Origin: Giardia intestinalis
Lineage: Eukaryota
Direction: 5' to 3' (one strand)
DNA length: 64,000 nucleotides
NCBI GenBank assembly: GCA_000002435.2
Contig: CM018792.1
The notes below the pieces were generated by a model, which made no database searches, had not been told where the DNA came from, and worked only from the letters and a program-made list of their open reading frames with translations. How positions within the stretch are numbered: position 1 is the first letter of the stretch; each line of letters starts with the position of its first letter. Positions 37,585 to 48,087 of this stretch are shown in pieces. A program made the position numbers and the translations under genes.

Positions 37585-39585
37585 TCATTCAGAAGGCCTA
37601 CTTAAACTGCGAAGATAACTACGAAGACTACTGTCCCTAGATAACAAATCAGCAGACAATCCCCTGCTATCTTTGATGTCATATTCATAGGGGGCCAATA
37701 CACGCGCAATCTCATTGTGGTTTAGCTTCACTGCCATGAGAAGCGCAGTGTTCCCATTACAATATTGGTCAGTCAGGAAATCTGATGACGTAACCATCCG
37801 TGTCTCTAGGGGCGCCAAAAGCTGCACGAGGTTTAGGTAGTTTTGGACAGTAGCAAACATCAGGGCAGTCCAGCCATATTTGGTCTTGGATCCTACCTCA
37901 CCCTTATAGTTTACGAGCAGCTGAGCGCACTTTTCATGGCCACAAACGACTGCATGCATTAGGGCAGTCCCTGGAAGTAGATATCGCCCGCAGCTCCGTA
38001 ACATGCCGGCCTCCTTCGGGGCCAAAAGAGGAATTGCATCTGCATAGCCCAATTCTGCTGCATACATGAGCGCTGTTTTACCGGAGCGGTCCTGTTGGCC
38101 ATAAAGGCTAGATAGCTGGCGGATGCGTTCCAAGTCGTAAGCAAGCACTGCAGTGACAAGCTCGTTGTGCAGCGAGTCTTCGTATATGAATGGTGGTGTT
38201 AAAGAATCACGCAGATTGGCGTCGTCAAACTTCAGGTTATTACCAGGGGCAGCCTCTGTGGAAGGCGTCGAAGGAGTGACAAGGCAATTGCTAGACATAG
38301 ATACAGGTTGAAATGAATAGTCTCCAGAGTGGTGATCTATTGTGACCACTACATAAGACCACGCGTCAGAATCAAATGGCATGAGAGGTTGAGGACTAAT
38401 GTCCAGTGAAGTAGATGACTCTGACCCATAGAAGCTTGTTGTCTTCATGCCAGTACAATCTGGAGAATGATAGCTGGTAGAAACAACGGACTTAGGTTTA
38501 GATTTAGTAGTAGATAATACAATCGCAGTTTCTTCTGTGATGGTGGATACATCAGAAGTGGTTACACAAGTCTGGGAACTTGCCGAGACTGTAGCAATGG
38601 GACACTGGGTCTGCACATAGGCATCTACTATCTCTGGTTTCTCTCTGGAACTACGAGTTAGTTCTAATAGCTGGGAGGTCTGCTTTGTATAAGCCAATCG
38701 GGATGCTTCTAATTTTTTCTCTAACTCTGCTACCTGGGTCTCTAACTCTGCTATCCGAGTGTTCGTTTTAGCAGATACCAATAAAGATAAGGGAGGTAGA
38801 GCCGGGGGGTTTCGAATCAAAGGTGTTGTTAGGATGACATTGGGATTAGTTGTTGAGCTGCTCTCCGCAAACGTGTCAGTGTGTTTCGTGTGTTGACGAG
38901 AGCGAGGGACCTCTGTGGAAAAGGATCGACCGACTTTGGGAGAGGCTGAAAAAGACATACGGGGCACGGTTATTAAAGGTGTAGTGTTAAATTTGTCAAT
39001 GGACACAGGAGAGGATAGCTTCTCTGAAGACTGGAGTATAGCCTGTAGTTCTCTAGTCACTACAGCATCGGGCTCCTTCTCAACACACCAAGCCAGAGCG
39101 TTTGTCAGTTGGTCAGGTAAGTACCTAATGCTTTGTAATGCTGAAACAGCAAGTTCGCTTCTTGGAGAGCTCAAGATCACCTGGAGGCTGGATCTTCCTA
39201 ATGAGTCATACTGGCAGCCCTGGATGGAGATGAGCTCCATCGTTACTCCCTTATCAAAAGGATCCATCGACAGCGCAACGTCGAGGGCTGTGTACCGCTT
39301 ATCCTGTCCTAGAAGCAGGTCGAATTCTAGCCGTCCCAGGACTCGTACAAACGAAAGATTAAGCCGTAGAACCGCCTCAAGAAGAGCGCTGCGTCCAGTA
39401 TTATCAACGAAGCCAGCTTCGTGTTGAGCAAGCAAAATGACAAGGTGCATGTGACCAAGTCGGGTGGCTGTCATGAGCGCCGTGGCCCCGTTTTCGTTCC
39501 GCTGACCCTTCATCGTCTTGATAGCTTTCAGAACATACGCCAAGTTTCCTGATTCTACTGCAGAAAACCATGCTGCCGTATCCAT
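37585..39585 (-). CDS. Ankyrin-repeat protein of the Protein 21.1 type.
   Basis: Ankyrin repeats at both the N- and C-termini (GATALMTATRLGHMHLVILL; GKTALMYAAELGYADAIPLL; GWTALMFATVQNYLNLVQLL). ATG at 39583-39585. Confidence 0.75.
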   Translation of the reverse strand: MDTAAWFSAVESGNLAYVLKAIKTMKGQRNENGATALMTATRLGHMHLVILLAQHEAGFVDNTGRSALLEAVLRLNLSFVRVLGRLEFDLLLGQDKRYTALDVALSMDPFDKGVTMELISIQGCQYDSLGRSSLQVILSSPRSELAVSALQSIRYLPDQLTNALAWCVEKEPDAVVTRELQAILQSSEKLSSPVSIDKFNTTPLITVPRMSFSASPKVGRSFSTEVPRSRQHTKHTDTFAESSSTTNPNVILTTPLIRNPPALPPLSLLVSAKTNTRIAELETQVAELEKKLEASRLAYTKQTSQLLELTRSSREKPEIVDAYVQTQCPIATVSASSQTCVTTSDVSTITEETAIVLSTTKSKPKSVVSTSYHSPDCTGMKTTSFYGSESSTSLDISPQPLMPFDSDAWSYVVVTIDHHSGDYSFQPVSMSSNCLVTPSTPSTEAAPGNNLKFDDANLRDSLTPPFIYEDSLHNELVTAVLAYDLERIRQLSSLYGQQDRSGKTALMYAAELGYADAIPLLAPKEAGMLRSCGRYLLPGTALMHAVVCGHEKCAQLLVNYKGEVGSKTKYGWTALMFATVQNYLNLVQLLAPLETRMVTSSDFLTDQYCNGNTALLMAVKLNHNEIARVLAPYEYDIKDSRGLSADLLSRDSSLRSYLRSLSRPSE

Positions 39586-39674
39586 TCAGGGATTTGTATA
39601 AATGTGCTAAAAAGGACAGAATTGTAAATTTTTGCTAGATAGGAGGCTTACTCGGTCCTATTTTGCTCTGAGAC

Positions 39675-41846
39675 ATGGACGTAGAATCATCCAAAGAATG
39701 GTTTTCAAGCATCTTGCACGAGGACGTAGAAGCTGTTCAGAAAAATGCCGAGCAGCGGGCCGGAACCAAGACAGAAGACGGTGACACGGGCCTATTGTTA
39801 GCCACGAAGTCTGGATTGGTTAAAGTGGTTTCTGTTCTTGCGCGTTATGAAAGCGGGCATCGCGATGCAGCCGGTCTCACTGCGCTTGCCATTGGGATTC
39901 TTGAGGGAAAACTTTCTATCTGCAAGCTTTTAGCGCCGTATGAAGCCTGCGTACCTGTGCTTTTGCATGGCGAGGAAAAGGCACCCATGGTTTTGGCATT
40001 GGAAACGGGCTGTCTCGACGTCGTGGCCACCATATTGGAGTACGTTGATTTGAGTGCTGAAACTAATATGCATGACCAATACATTGTAGCAGCGGTCTCA
40101 TCTGGCCGACTTGACGTTGTGAAGTATGCACTGAAGCACTGTGCTGCGGACCTTAAGAGCATAGAGCGCGCCTTGCCTATTGCAACCGGGGAAATAGAAG
40201 CGTATCTCAGGAAAATACACGAGATTCTCTGCATAAGCACGTGTCCCGTGTGCGGGCATGTGAATTTAGCCAACTTTTCCGTCCTTCCATTGCATTTGAT
40301 GACTTCACACTCACCAACAGAGCCTGGCTCCTCTTCCATCGTATCTGCAGATTCCCTTGAAAAGGACAAAATAATACTCAATCAGAAGTTAGAGATCGAA
40401 AGGCTACGCAAGAAGCTTGCTGAGTTCCGTGTCTCTCTTGACAGTGCAGGCATAGAGCCTACTGGAAATAACGAACACAGTGATCTATCATGCTTTTCGG
40501 ACTCATCTCAGTTACGAGATCTCTCAACGATGAACCATCTAGATGCTCAAGACAAAGAAATGCAATTAAGTAGTCTTGAGGAAGAAACTCTGGGCAAGGA
40601 GATACAAATCAATATTATAGATGCCCTAGCTGATGATGTTCACGCGCCAGCAGCATGTTCAGTTGACCCAGCAATCTCTACCTGCCAGCGATCATCCTCC
40701 ATGCCCAACATCTTTCCAGAGCGGTTATTAGCAACGTATGCTGACGATTCCGAGACTCATTTAAGAGACTTTGTAAGCCAGCAGTTGCACAGGTACAGAA
40801 CCATCCGTATTGAGCAGGTCGGTAACGCTGAAGTTGACATGCACCTGGTTAAGGAGATGCAGGAGAAACCATTTGATACACCAGCTAATCTAAACGCGTA
40901 TGCGCACTACTACACAGAGTCTTCAATGACGAACAGTGCTCTCGAGCTTCCCAGTGCGACAACCTCCAGCACGACAAGTTTAGCAAACTATGATGCAACA
41001 GAGTCCATTCAAGTTCCTGATCCAGTCGAGAAGTATGTCTATGTGCGCTTGCGCTTTGACAGCTACGAGGATTGTCTCTATGGGACAATAGCGGAGCATA
41101 TCCTTCCCGTTACTCTCTGTCGCATTTCTGAGACAAGTGATGGTGCATTGCAAGAGTCCATTACTACTACGGGGCTGTTCCGGAGAGGACATGTTGGTCA
41201 GAAGCTATCTTCCTCGTGTTCAGAAGACATAGCCGACAGGACCCCACTCATGGTGGCTGCCGCAGCAGGTGATCTTGAGGTCTGCCGAAGCCTCCTGTTT
41301 GATCACGTCGGTAAGCGTACTAATAGTGGAAAGACTGCGCTTATGTTTGCAGCCGAGGGAGGTCATGCAGATATTGTGAGGCTACTCCTGGAGAAAGAAG
41401 CAGGAAAAATCGCAAACAGTAGAAATCAGGTAGCTCCAGTGACTGCACTGCAAACAGCCGCATTGTACGGCTATGATGCCATCGTTAGCCTTCTCCTGGA
41501 TGCAGAGGGAGGAATGCAAGACAAGTATGGCTTCACAGCTCTAATGTACGCCTCAGCAAACAACAACGTAGCGTGCATCAAGTTACTCCTATCTAGGGAG
41601 GCAGGATTATTAACAAATGCTAAATTTGTGACCGGCCAAGGCATGAGCGCCTTGGTTATTGCAACTGCGAACAACAATATTGAAGCAGTGAAGCTTTTAC
41701 TTCCAGCAGAAGAGTACATGCCTCGAGTACGCTCTAGGGCTATCGCATACGGGGCTGGAAACGAGTGTGTTGCATATATAAAAGCAGTTGAAGAAAAGCG
41801 CTTAGCTAAACTTCGGGCTTGCAGTGCAGTTAACAACAAGAGTTAA
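39675..41846 (+). CDS. Ankyrin-repeat protein of the Protein 21.1 type, with a central CPVCGH Cys/His element and a short coiled coil.
   Basis: N-terminal repeats (GDTGLLLATKSGLVKVVSVL). C-terminal repeats (GKTALMFAAEGGHADIVRLLL; GFTALMYASANNNVACIKLLL). Confidence 0.75.
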   Translation: MDVESSKEWFSSILHEDVEAVQKNAEQRAGTKTEDGDTGLLLATKSGLVKVVSVLARYESGHRDAAGLTALAIGILEGKLSICKLLAPYEACVPVLLHGEEKAPMVLALETGCLDVVATILEYVDLSAETNMHDQYIVAAVSSGRLDVVKYALKHCAADLKSIERALPIATGEIEAYLRKIHEILCISTCPVCGHVNLANFSVLPLHLMTSHSPTEPGSSSIVSADSLEKDKIILNQKLEIERLRKKLAEFRVSLDSAGIEPTGNNEHSDLSCFSDSSQLRDLSTMNHLDAQDKEMQLSSLEEETLGKEIQINIIDALADDVHAPAACSVDPAISTCQRSSSMPNIFPERLLATYADDSETHLRDFVSQQLHRYRTIRIEQVGNAEVDMHLVKEMQEKPFDTPANLNAYAHYYTESSMTNSALELPSATTSSTTSLANYDATESIQVPDPVEKYVYVRLRFDSYEDCLYGTIAEHILPVTLCRISETSDGALQESITTTGLFRRGHVGQKLSSSCSEDIADRTPLMVAAAAGDLEVCRSLLFDHVGKRTNSGKTALMFAAEGGHADIVRLLLEKEAGKIANSRNQVAPVTALQTAALYGYDAIVSLLLDAEGGMQDKYGFTALMYASANNNVACIKLLLSREAGLLTNAKFVTGQGMSALVIATANNNIEAVKLLLPAEEYMPRVRSRAIAYGAGNECVAYIKAVEEKRLAKLRACSAVNNKS

Positions 41847-41907
41847 TCTTTCCCTTGCAGTGTATATTCTATTTCCTTGGATTGAAACGATTGCATTTAC
41901 AAAAAGG

Positions 41908-44856
41908 ATGCTGGAAATAGCTAAGTTTGAATGTACCGGGCGCACGAAGTTAATGAACGCTGCGCTTCGGAACGACCTTTCTGGAGTGACAAGATACAGT
42001 GAGCTGAGGGGACAGACTGATGCCCGAGGGCGGACAGCCCTGATGTACGCAGCTGAGAAGGGTCACTTAGAAAGTGTCAAACTGCTTCTTTCTGAGGCCT
42101 GTCTGTTGGACCATACGGGGTACACAGCTTGCTGGCTGGCCCTGCTTAACGGGCACCATGATTGTGCCGAGTGTCTCCTGAAAGCTGAGCAACAGGTTTC
42201 TAAGCTAACTAAGCTTATGCTTGCTGCAGCCAACGGAGACGCCAACCAAGTAAAGAAGCATCTAGGCAAGCGGTGTAAGCGTTCAAGCTGCAATGGCACA
42301 GCACTAATGTTAGCTGCAAGTAATAATCACGCCGATTGCGTTGCCCTCCTATTAAACGAGAATGGACTAACTGACCATAACAGGTTTACTGCTCTATTGT
42401 ACGCTGCCATGCATGGCCACAAGGATGTTGTGGAGCTACTTCAAGAGCATGAGCTATCTTCATTGACCCTACGTGGAGAGACGGCGTTGATATTAGCAGC
42501 TAAGTATGGACACACTCAGGTCGTAGATGTAATAGTAAAGAAGCAGCACGTTCAGTCTACTAATAGCAAACAGACAGCGCTGATGTACGCCGCGTTTATG
42601 GGGCATGCCGAGTGTGTCAAGCAGCTTAAACATCTCCAATGCGGCCAGCAGGATGTTGATGGTCGGACCGCGCTCTGGTTTGCAGCTATGAAGGGCCACG
42701 TGTCTTGTGTAAGAGAGCTGAAGGACCAAGAGATACACATAGCCGACTACGATGGGGTAACTAGTCTGATGACAGCAATTGAGAATGAAAACACTGACTG
42801 TGCACTGGAGCTACTGCGTGAAATAGGGCACATAGCTATTGATGGCAGCACTGCGCTGGAAATGTCTATCAACGTAAGAAACTACCGCTGCGCCAAGGAG
42901 CTCGTGCGGAAGGAAGCGTACCTTGTTGACTACCCTTTTGAAATCGTCACCGCAATATCAGAGGACTTCTCATGCATGTATGATGTCTTGTATACTTGCA
43001 CCCATAACAGGCCAACAGATAGAAATGGAAAGACAGCCTTAATGCACGCGGCACGTGCTGGAAACATCAAGGCTGCAGAGTTCTTTCTATGGCAGGTCGG
43101 AGCCAAGGATAACTATGGGTACACGGCCCTCATGACCGCGGCTAGAGCCGGCCACTTGTACATTACTGCCATGCTTGCACAGTTTGAAGAAGAACGGACA
43201 GCGCAGGATAGCTTCGGAATGGGCGTACTTTATCACGCATTAATTGGAGGACATACCGATACAATCCTTTTGCTAAAGCAGCTGATGGGAGACAACAGCA
43301 AGGTTACAGATCTTATGGTGTCTGCGGCAATGGGTAACTATCAAGGCATAAAGGAACATATATCACAAGCAGGTCAAGGAGACGTTCAGGGCGTTACTGC
43401 ACTGATGTACCTGGCTATGACAGGAGGACGAATCAGTAAGAACTGTTTGAGACCTACACGGTACTGGAATACGAGTGAGTACACAATAATTACGCAGGCC
43501 GATACACTGGACTACATGTCTCTAACAACTGAAGAAGTTCAAATCCAGCAAATGTTGATTTCTCTGGAAAGTAAAATGCAAGATAATTATGGTAACACCG
43601 CGCTTATACAGGCAGTGCTCCAAAACCAATTTGAAATGGTGCAGATCTTGCTCCCATACGAGCTGTCTATAAAGACCACAGGGACAGACGGTGGACGGTC
43701 TGCTCTGGACTTTGCCATCGATAATAATCAATCTCATATTGTCAGGCTTATAACAGATCATCTTGTGAGGGCAAAGGAAGTACTGTGCATGCGACAGAGG
43801 GAACCCAAAAAAGCTATCGCGCATACAACGGATTTGATGAAAGCAATCGCTGATGATGACTTAGTAGATATGTCTGCATACATTGATGACATAGGAGTAT
43901 TTTGCACAGATCTATTCGACGGAAAGGGTGGCACAGCGCTCCACATTGCCGCCTCCATGGGAATATCGGAGTACATACTCTCTCTGTTCCCAGAGTTGGG
44001 GATATATGGAGAACACCGGTACACTGCTCTGATGGCTGCCTCTGAGAATGGCTGCCTAGAATGCATAGATATCCTGCTGTGTGAAATGACTGTTCAAACG
44101 AGAGATGGGATGACGGCTCTAATGTATGCTGCTCGTGATGGCTACACGGACATCGTGGCCGTCCTTGCGTGCTTTGAGGCAGGCCTTGCTGATAACGACG
44201 GAAAGACTGCAATGATGTATGCAGCCGAAAGAGGATATGTAGAGTGTGTGAGGATTCTGGCTCCCTATGAACAGAAGCTTCAAGATGCGCACAGCAATAC
44301 AGCACTAATATACGCTGCAGAGAACGGATATTCGGAATGCGTGGCAACTCTTAATAAGGTGGAAGGGCATATCCTATCAGACCTGGGTGTCACAGCACTG
44401 ATGGCGGCGGCAATGCACGGAAGACCAGAGTGTGTGTCGATTCTATTGAAAGACCTGCACGCGATGACGGATAATTCTGGATATACTGCGTTGATGTATG
44501 CTGCCACAAAAGGGTACACTGCGTGCGTTGAATTGCTAATCGATGCCGAGGCGGGGGAAGTGAACCTGGATGGAGAGACAGCCCTTATGATGGCTGCACA
44601 GAACGGACACGAACAGTGCGTACAGCTTCTGGTACCTTTTGAACTTAAGATCCAAGACGACATGGGATGGACAGCTCTAATGAGTGCCGCACAGGCAGGC
44701 CATCTGAATTGTGTAAAGCTTCTGTTGGGTGAGGCTGAGATATACAATAGTGAGAACTGCACTGCCCTAGATATAGCCCTAATAGAGAGAGGTAAAGAAA
44801 GTAAGGTGAAGAACCTCAATGACTGCATAGTTGCTCTGCGAATGGCCACAACTTAA
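41908..44856 (+). CDS. Ankyrin-repeat protein of the Protein 21.1 type (about 980 aa, more than 20 repeats).
   Basis: Nearly the whole length consists of G.TALM.AA..GH..CV.LL units. Start context aaaaaggATG at 41908; the track start at 41824 is an upstream extension. Confidence 0.8.
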   Translation: MLEIAKFECTGRTKLMNAALRNDLSGVTRYSELRGQTDARGRTALMYAAEKGHLESVKLLLSEACLLDHTGYTACWLALLNGHHDCAECLLKAEQQVSKLTKLMLAAANGDANQVKKHLGKRCKRSSCNGTALMLAASNNHADCVALLLNENGLTDHNRFTALLYAAMHGHKDVVELLQEHELSSLTLRGETALILAAKYGHTQVVDVIVKKQHVQSTNSKQTALMYAAFMGHAECVKQLKHLQCGQQDVDGRTALWFAAMKGHVSCVRELKDQEIHIADYDGVTSLMTAIENENTDCALELLREIGHIAIDGSTALEMSINVRNYRCAKELVRKEAYLVDYPFEIVTAISEDFSCMYDVLYTCTHNRPTDRNGKTALMHAARAGNIKAAEFFLWQVGAKDNYGYTALMTAARAGHLYITAMLAQFEEERTAQDSFGMGVLYHALIGGHTDTILLLKQLMGDNSKVTDLMVSAAMGNYQGIKEHISQAGQGDVQGVTALMYLAMTGGRISKNCLRPTRYWNTSEYTIITQADTLDYMSLTTEEVQIQQMLISLESKMQDNYGNTALIQAVLQNQFEMVQILLPYELSIKTTGTDGGRSALDFAIDNNQSHIVRLITDHLVRAKEVLCMRQREPKKAIAHTTDLMKAIADDDLVDMSAYIDDIGVFCTDLFDGKGGTALHIAASMGISEYILSLFPELGIYGEHRYTALMAASENGCLECIDILLCEMTVQTRDGMTALMYAARDGYTDIVAVLACFEAGLADNDGKTAMMYAAERGYVECVRILAPYEQKLQDAHSNTALIYAAENGYSECVATLNKVEGHILSDLGVTALMAAAMHGRPECVSILLKDLHAMTDNSGYTALMYAATKGYTACVELLIDAEAGEVNLDGETALMMAAQNGHEQCVQLLVPFELKIQDDMGWTALMSAAQAGHLNCVKLLLGEAEIYNSENCTALDIALIERGKESKVKNLNDCIVALRMATT

Positions 44857-44861
44857 GCTTC

Positions 44862-45620
44862 TTATATGCAGTTATTGGGAGGGCCTAAAGATAGATAAAT
44901 GTTACCGCAAACAGCCGTGAGAAGCGCGGGACTGGTATCTCCCCACTCCACCAGCTTGTAGAGGACTCCATAGCTGTCATCAGCATATGTAATAAAGGAC
45001 GAGCTATGTGATGGAAGCTTGGTGAGATGTACATGGTACCTTTCTAATGGACAAAGTGGATGCCTGGTAGTGTCACTCTCATCCTCTACAATTGGTGTTC
45101 CAGCTGCTTCCTGGATACGCATTGTGACACCATAAAAAGCTTCTGAAAGGATGCCTAGAGTAAATATTGGTGCTTCTTGACCCTCAGAAGTCGCCCTATT
45201 GATAAGTACTAAGAGCGCGTTGCTCAGGTGGGAGATCGTGACCCGTGTAGCAACTATCGGACCCTTAGTTACCACGCTAACGGCCAGCAGCAGAGTTGAA
45301 ATGCATCTATCGTACATGAGGACAGAACTTTCAGTTACTAGACTTTGTGGAATGACTGCTTGACAGATCTTTGATAGAATGTCCTCCCAGCTAGTCTTAA
45401 GCCACTCGACTGTTGTAGGTGGAATCTGCGGACAATCCTTCGCGGCATCATTTACGTTACTAGTGTAAAGAGACTCCCTTTGATTTGTTAAACAAAGCTC
45501 TAAGATTTCCTCCTGAACTTTCTGCATGCGTAGGAGGATCTCCTTACGTGCAGCATCCATTCCTTCTCTGGCTAGAAGATCAAGAACATCCGTTTCAATA
45601 ATATACTTATCACTCTCCAT
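44862..45620 (-). CDS. Hypothetical protein, 252 aa.
   Basis: Clean ORF with ATG at 45618-45620. No family recognised. Confidence 0.4.
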   Translation of the reverse strand: MESDKYIIETDVLDLLAREGMDAARKEILLRMQKVQEEILELCLTNQRESLYTSNVNDAAKDCPQIPPTTVEWLKTSWEDILSKICQAVIPQSLVTESSVLMYDRCISTLLLAVSVVTKGPIVATRVTISHLSNALLVLINRATSEGQEAPIFTLGILSEAFYGVTMRIQEAAGTPIVEDESDTTRHPLCPLERYHVHLTKLPSHSSSFITYADDSYGVLYKLVEWGDTSPALLTAVCGNIYLSLGPPNNCI

Positions 45621-45627
45621 AAATTTA
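45621..45627. promoter_or_regulatory. 7-bp spacer (aaattta) between divergent start codons. It implies shared or overlapping bidirectional initiators.
   Basis: catAAATTTAatg is read directly. Confidence 0.35.
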
Positions 45628-48087
45628 ATGTCCCAATCAGTGTCGGACCCGGTCTATCTAGGCCCTCAGTTATCGGTAGCCCATGTCGCGCTGGTGAAGT
45701 TGCACAACGAAGTCGCGCGTGCAGGTCTTTATAATTCTGCATCTTCGACTCTTTACAGTGGCGGTCTGGATGGAAAGCTCTATGCTTGCACAGTCAGGGA
45801 AGGCGTTGCTGATGCTCTTGAGAACCCAATGGAAGTGACAAGTGTTTCGGGAATTTCTGCACTTTGCCTGACAGCCAGTGGCGTAGTCGTTTGTACAATG
45901 GATGGGATCGTTTTTCATTACAGAAACGATGACTCTATAGACTTGCTCCAGCCCAAACCCCAGCAGAGCTGTCGCATAGCAGCAGTGTGCTACGACGAAG
46001 TTAATGATACGCTGATATTTTCAGATTGGAGCGCAGAGATACACGTTATCGAAAACGCATCTATACCTATTAGGAAAAGGCAAACCAGCATTTCTCTCCC
46101 AATGTTCACCTTTACCGACGGATCTCAGAAGGAAAACTCTTGTCTGTCTATGGCCACCAGGGATGGTCTCCTTATAGCTGGGTTTGCAAGTGGTGAAATA
46201 AGGGTTTACGATATAGATACTCTTGTAACCATAAGCAGCTTTGATTGTTCACTGATCACCCTCCGGGCCCATCATCGGCCAGTGCGGTCTATAGAGCTTG
46301 TTGACGTTGTATTGCTGAAGCGGCTTGCCCCTAGAATCTTATCTAGTCGTTTCCCAGAGAAAATAATGCCTCTTTTCTTTAGCACAGGAAATGACGGCTC
46401 TGTGTTCTTTCACTATCCGGAGTCTTTGACCCTTTACCGCTCTCACAAGCTTTCTTCGGCACAGTTAACGGATCAGTATCTTTTCCGAGCCAAGCTCTTT
46501 ACACTTGGCACTGTTGATAAGCCACGAGTCTACCTTGCAGTGGGTGGCTGTGACCTGCAACTATACATATATGATTGCACGCTTCTTCTCTCCACCGCCT
46601 TGACAGGCTCACTAATCGTTAACCAGACCTTGTCTTCTTCGGAACCTATCAATAGTTTGCTACGGGCGAGCTTTCCTGTTTCTGCCGATGTGTGGGATAT
46701 TTCTGTTGTTCATTTGAGCACTTCTTCAGACACCGTGCATCTGATATTATCGCTAGAGTCTGGGGAGCTTCATGCTCTCCAGGTGGTCTCAGGAGCTTTA
46801 TCAGCATCTCAGCAAGTAGCTACGATGGCCTTCATCAGGGAAAGATTTGGCCCATCAGTTTTGATACCTTCTAGCCGAGTCACTGGTACCCATAACTCAT
46901 TCGTCCCGCCTAAAAACGTCTACTGTAAGTCACCCAGTGATCTGCCGCGTGACACAGGTAACAAATCCACTCAGTCGTTAGCTGGTCGCATTGCGGTAGT
47001 GTTGCGCAAAGAGGCACCTGCAATATACATTTATGTCAATAGGAGCTGGGTTTTCTGCGGATTGGTTAAGCAGAACACCCCTGCTGTGGAGGGCGACAAG
47101 AAGGCTGATTCTACAGGGAAGCTATGGGACCTGGCGCTCCCAGTACAGAACGATCAGACAGGTGGAAGTTACACTCTGTTCATGAATATCGATGAGGACC
47201 CTTGGGTGGTCGCGGAGCGCTTCATTTTAGGGACAAATATAATAGAAACAGATAGAAACGACATCAACTACTACAAACGTCAAATATATGACTTTATAGT
47301 GAGCAACATACCGAAAACTGATGTTTTACCGGTGTTCCAGGCAGGTTGGGAGGATCCAACTGATTATTCACTGCAGATCAGGCCAGAAACAGGGTATACT
47401 ACGTGTTTGATTGACAGGAGCACGGGCACTTCTATTGAGAAACCTGCTCCCAAAGAGATCACAGAGGAACTACTAAAGAAGTGCGTCACGCTTTTAACTA
47501 ACTCTTCTGAACAGAACTTGCAATATGCTTTGTTCCTCAACGATATCGGCTCTACTACTCTGTGGTTGCAAAATACTGATTGCATGAAGCTATTATCTGT
47601 GAGGTTTACTATCCTCTTGCAAGATATACAGAAGAGCAGTACGAGTCACATTGGAGTGTCACAAGAGACTTGGAAGCTTCTTGGTGCACACTTTGTTGTC
47701 TTATCATACATATTCTTGAACTTCTCTAATAGTACGCCCGTTATCAATCTATACAAAGCCGTGCTGCTTCTTCTTAGGGGCACTTCTCTCTCCTCGATAT
47801 ACACACAGCTGGCTACCGGCACCTTGGCAGAGAAGACCGTCGGTGTGTTCTTCTTCCGTTTTATCTCGGCACTAATACTGTTTGAAGACACGGCTATGGC
47901 TGATGTCTTTGTATGGTTTAGCGATTTGGTAGACGCTGCTCACGGGCCTGTATTGGGACAGTTTATTACCCAGGAAGATCATCAGTATTTAGAACATGTT
48001 TGTGAGCACGCGACAAACAGACTTGCAGGACAACGCATTGGCACGTTTTTATCATCTCTTGGTGGCAGGATTGGCACGGACCCATGA
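45628..48087 (+). CDS. PLAA/Doa1/Ufd3-like protein with an N-terminal WD40-like region, a central PFU-like domain and a C-terminal helical (PUL-like) domain.
   Basis: The central segment FMNIDEDPWVVAERFILGTNIIETDRNDINYYKRQIYDFIVSN resembles the PFU consensus (P.N..dNPy.aA.kFl..N.Lp..yldqV..FI). The N-terminus is beta-rich and the C-terminus helical. I take the start at ATG 45628; the track start at 45526 overlaps the divergent neighbour. Confidence 0.5.
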   Translation: MSQSVSDPVYLGPQLSVAHVALVKLHNEVARAGLYNSASSTLYSGGLDGKLYACTVREGVADALENPMEVTSVSGISALCLTASGVVVCTMDGIVFHYRNDDSIDLLQPKPQQSCRIAAVCYDEVNDTLIFSDWSAEIHVIENASIPIRKRQTSISLPMFTFTDGSQKENSCLSMATRDGLLIAGFASGEIRVYDIDTLVTISSFDCSLITLRAHHRPVRSIELVDVVLLKRLAPRILSSRFPEKIMPLFFSTGNDGSVFFHYPESLTLYRSHKLSSAQLTDQYLFRAKLFTLGTVDKPRVYLAVGGCDLQLYIYDCTLLLSTALTGSLIVNQTLSSSEPINSLLRASFPVSADVWDISVVHLSTSSDTVHLILSLESGELHALQVVSGALSASQQVATMAFIRERFGPSVLIPSSRVTGTHNSFVPPKNVYCKSPSDLPRDTGNKSTQSLAGRIAVVLRKEAPAIYIYVNRSWVFCGLVKQNTPAVEGDKKADSTGKLWDLALPVQNDQTGGSYTLFMNIDEDPWVVAERFILGTNIIETDRNDINYYKRQIYDFIVSNIPKTDVLPVFQAGWEDPTDYSLQIRPETGYTTCLIDRSTGTSIEKPAPKEITEELLKKCVTLLTNSSEQNLQYALFLNDIGSTTLWLQNTDCMKLLSVRFTILLQDIQKSSTSHIGVSQETWKLLGAHFVVLSYIFLNFSNSTPVINLYKAVLLLLRGTSLSSIYTQLATGTLAEKTVGVFFFRFISALILFEDTAMADVFVWFSDLVDAAHGPVLGQFITQEDHQYLEHVCEHATNRLAGQRIGTFLSSLGGRIGTDP

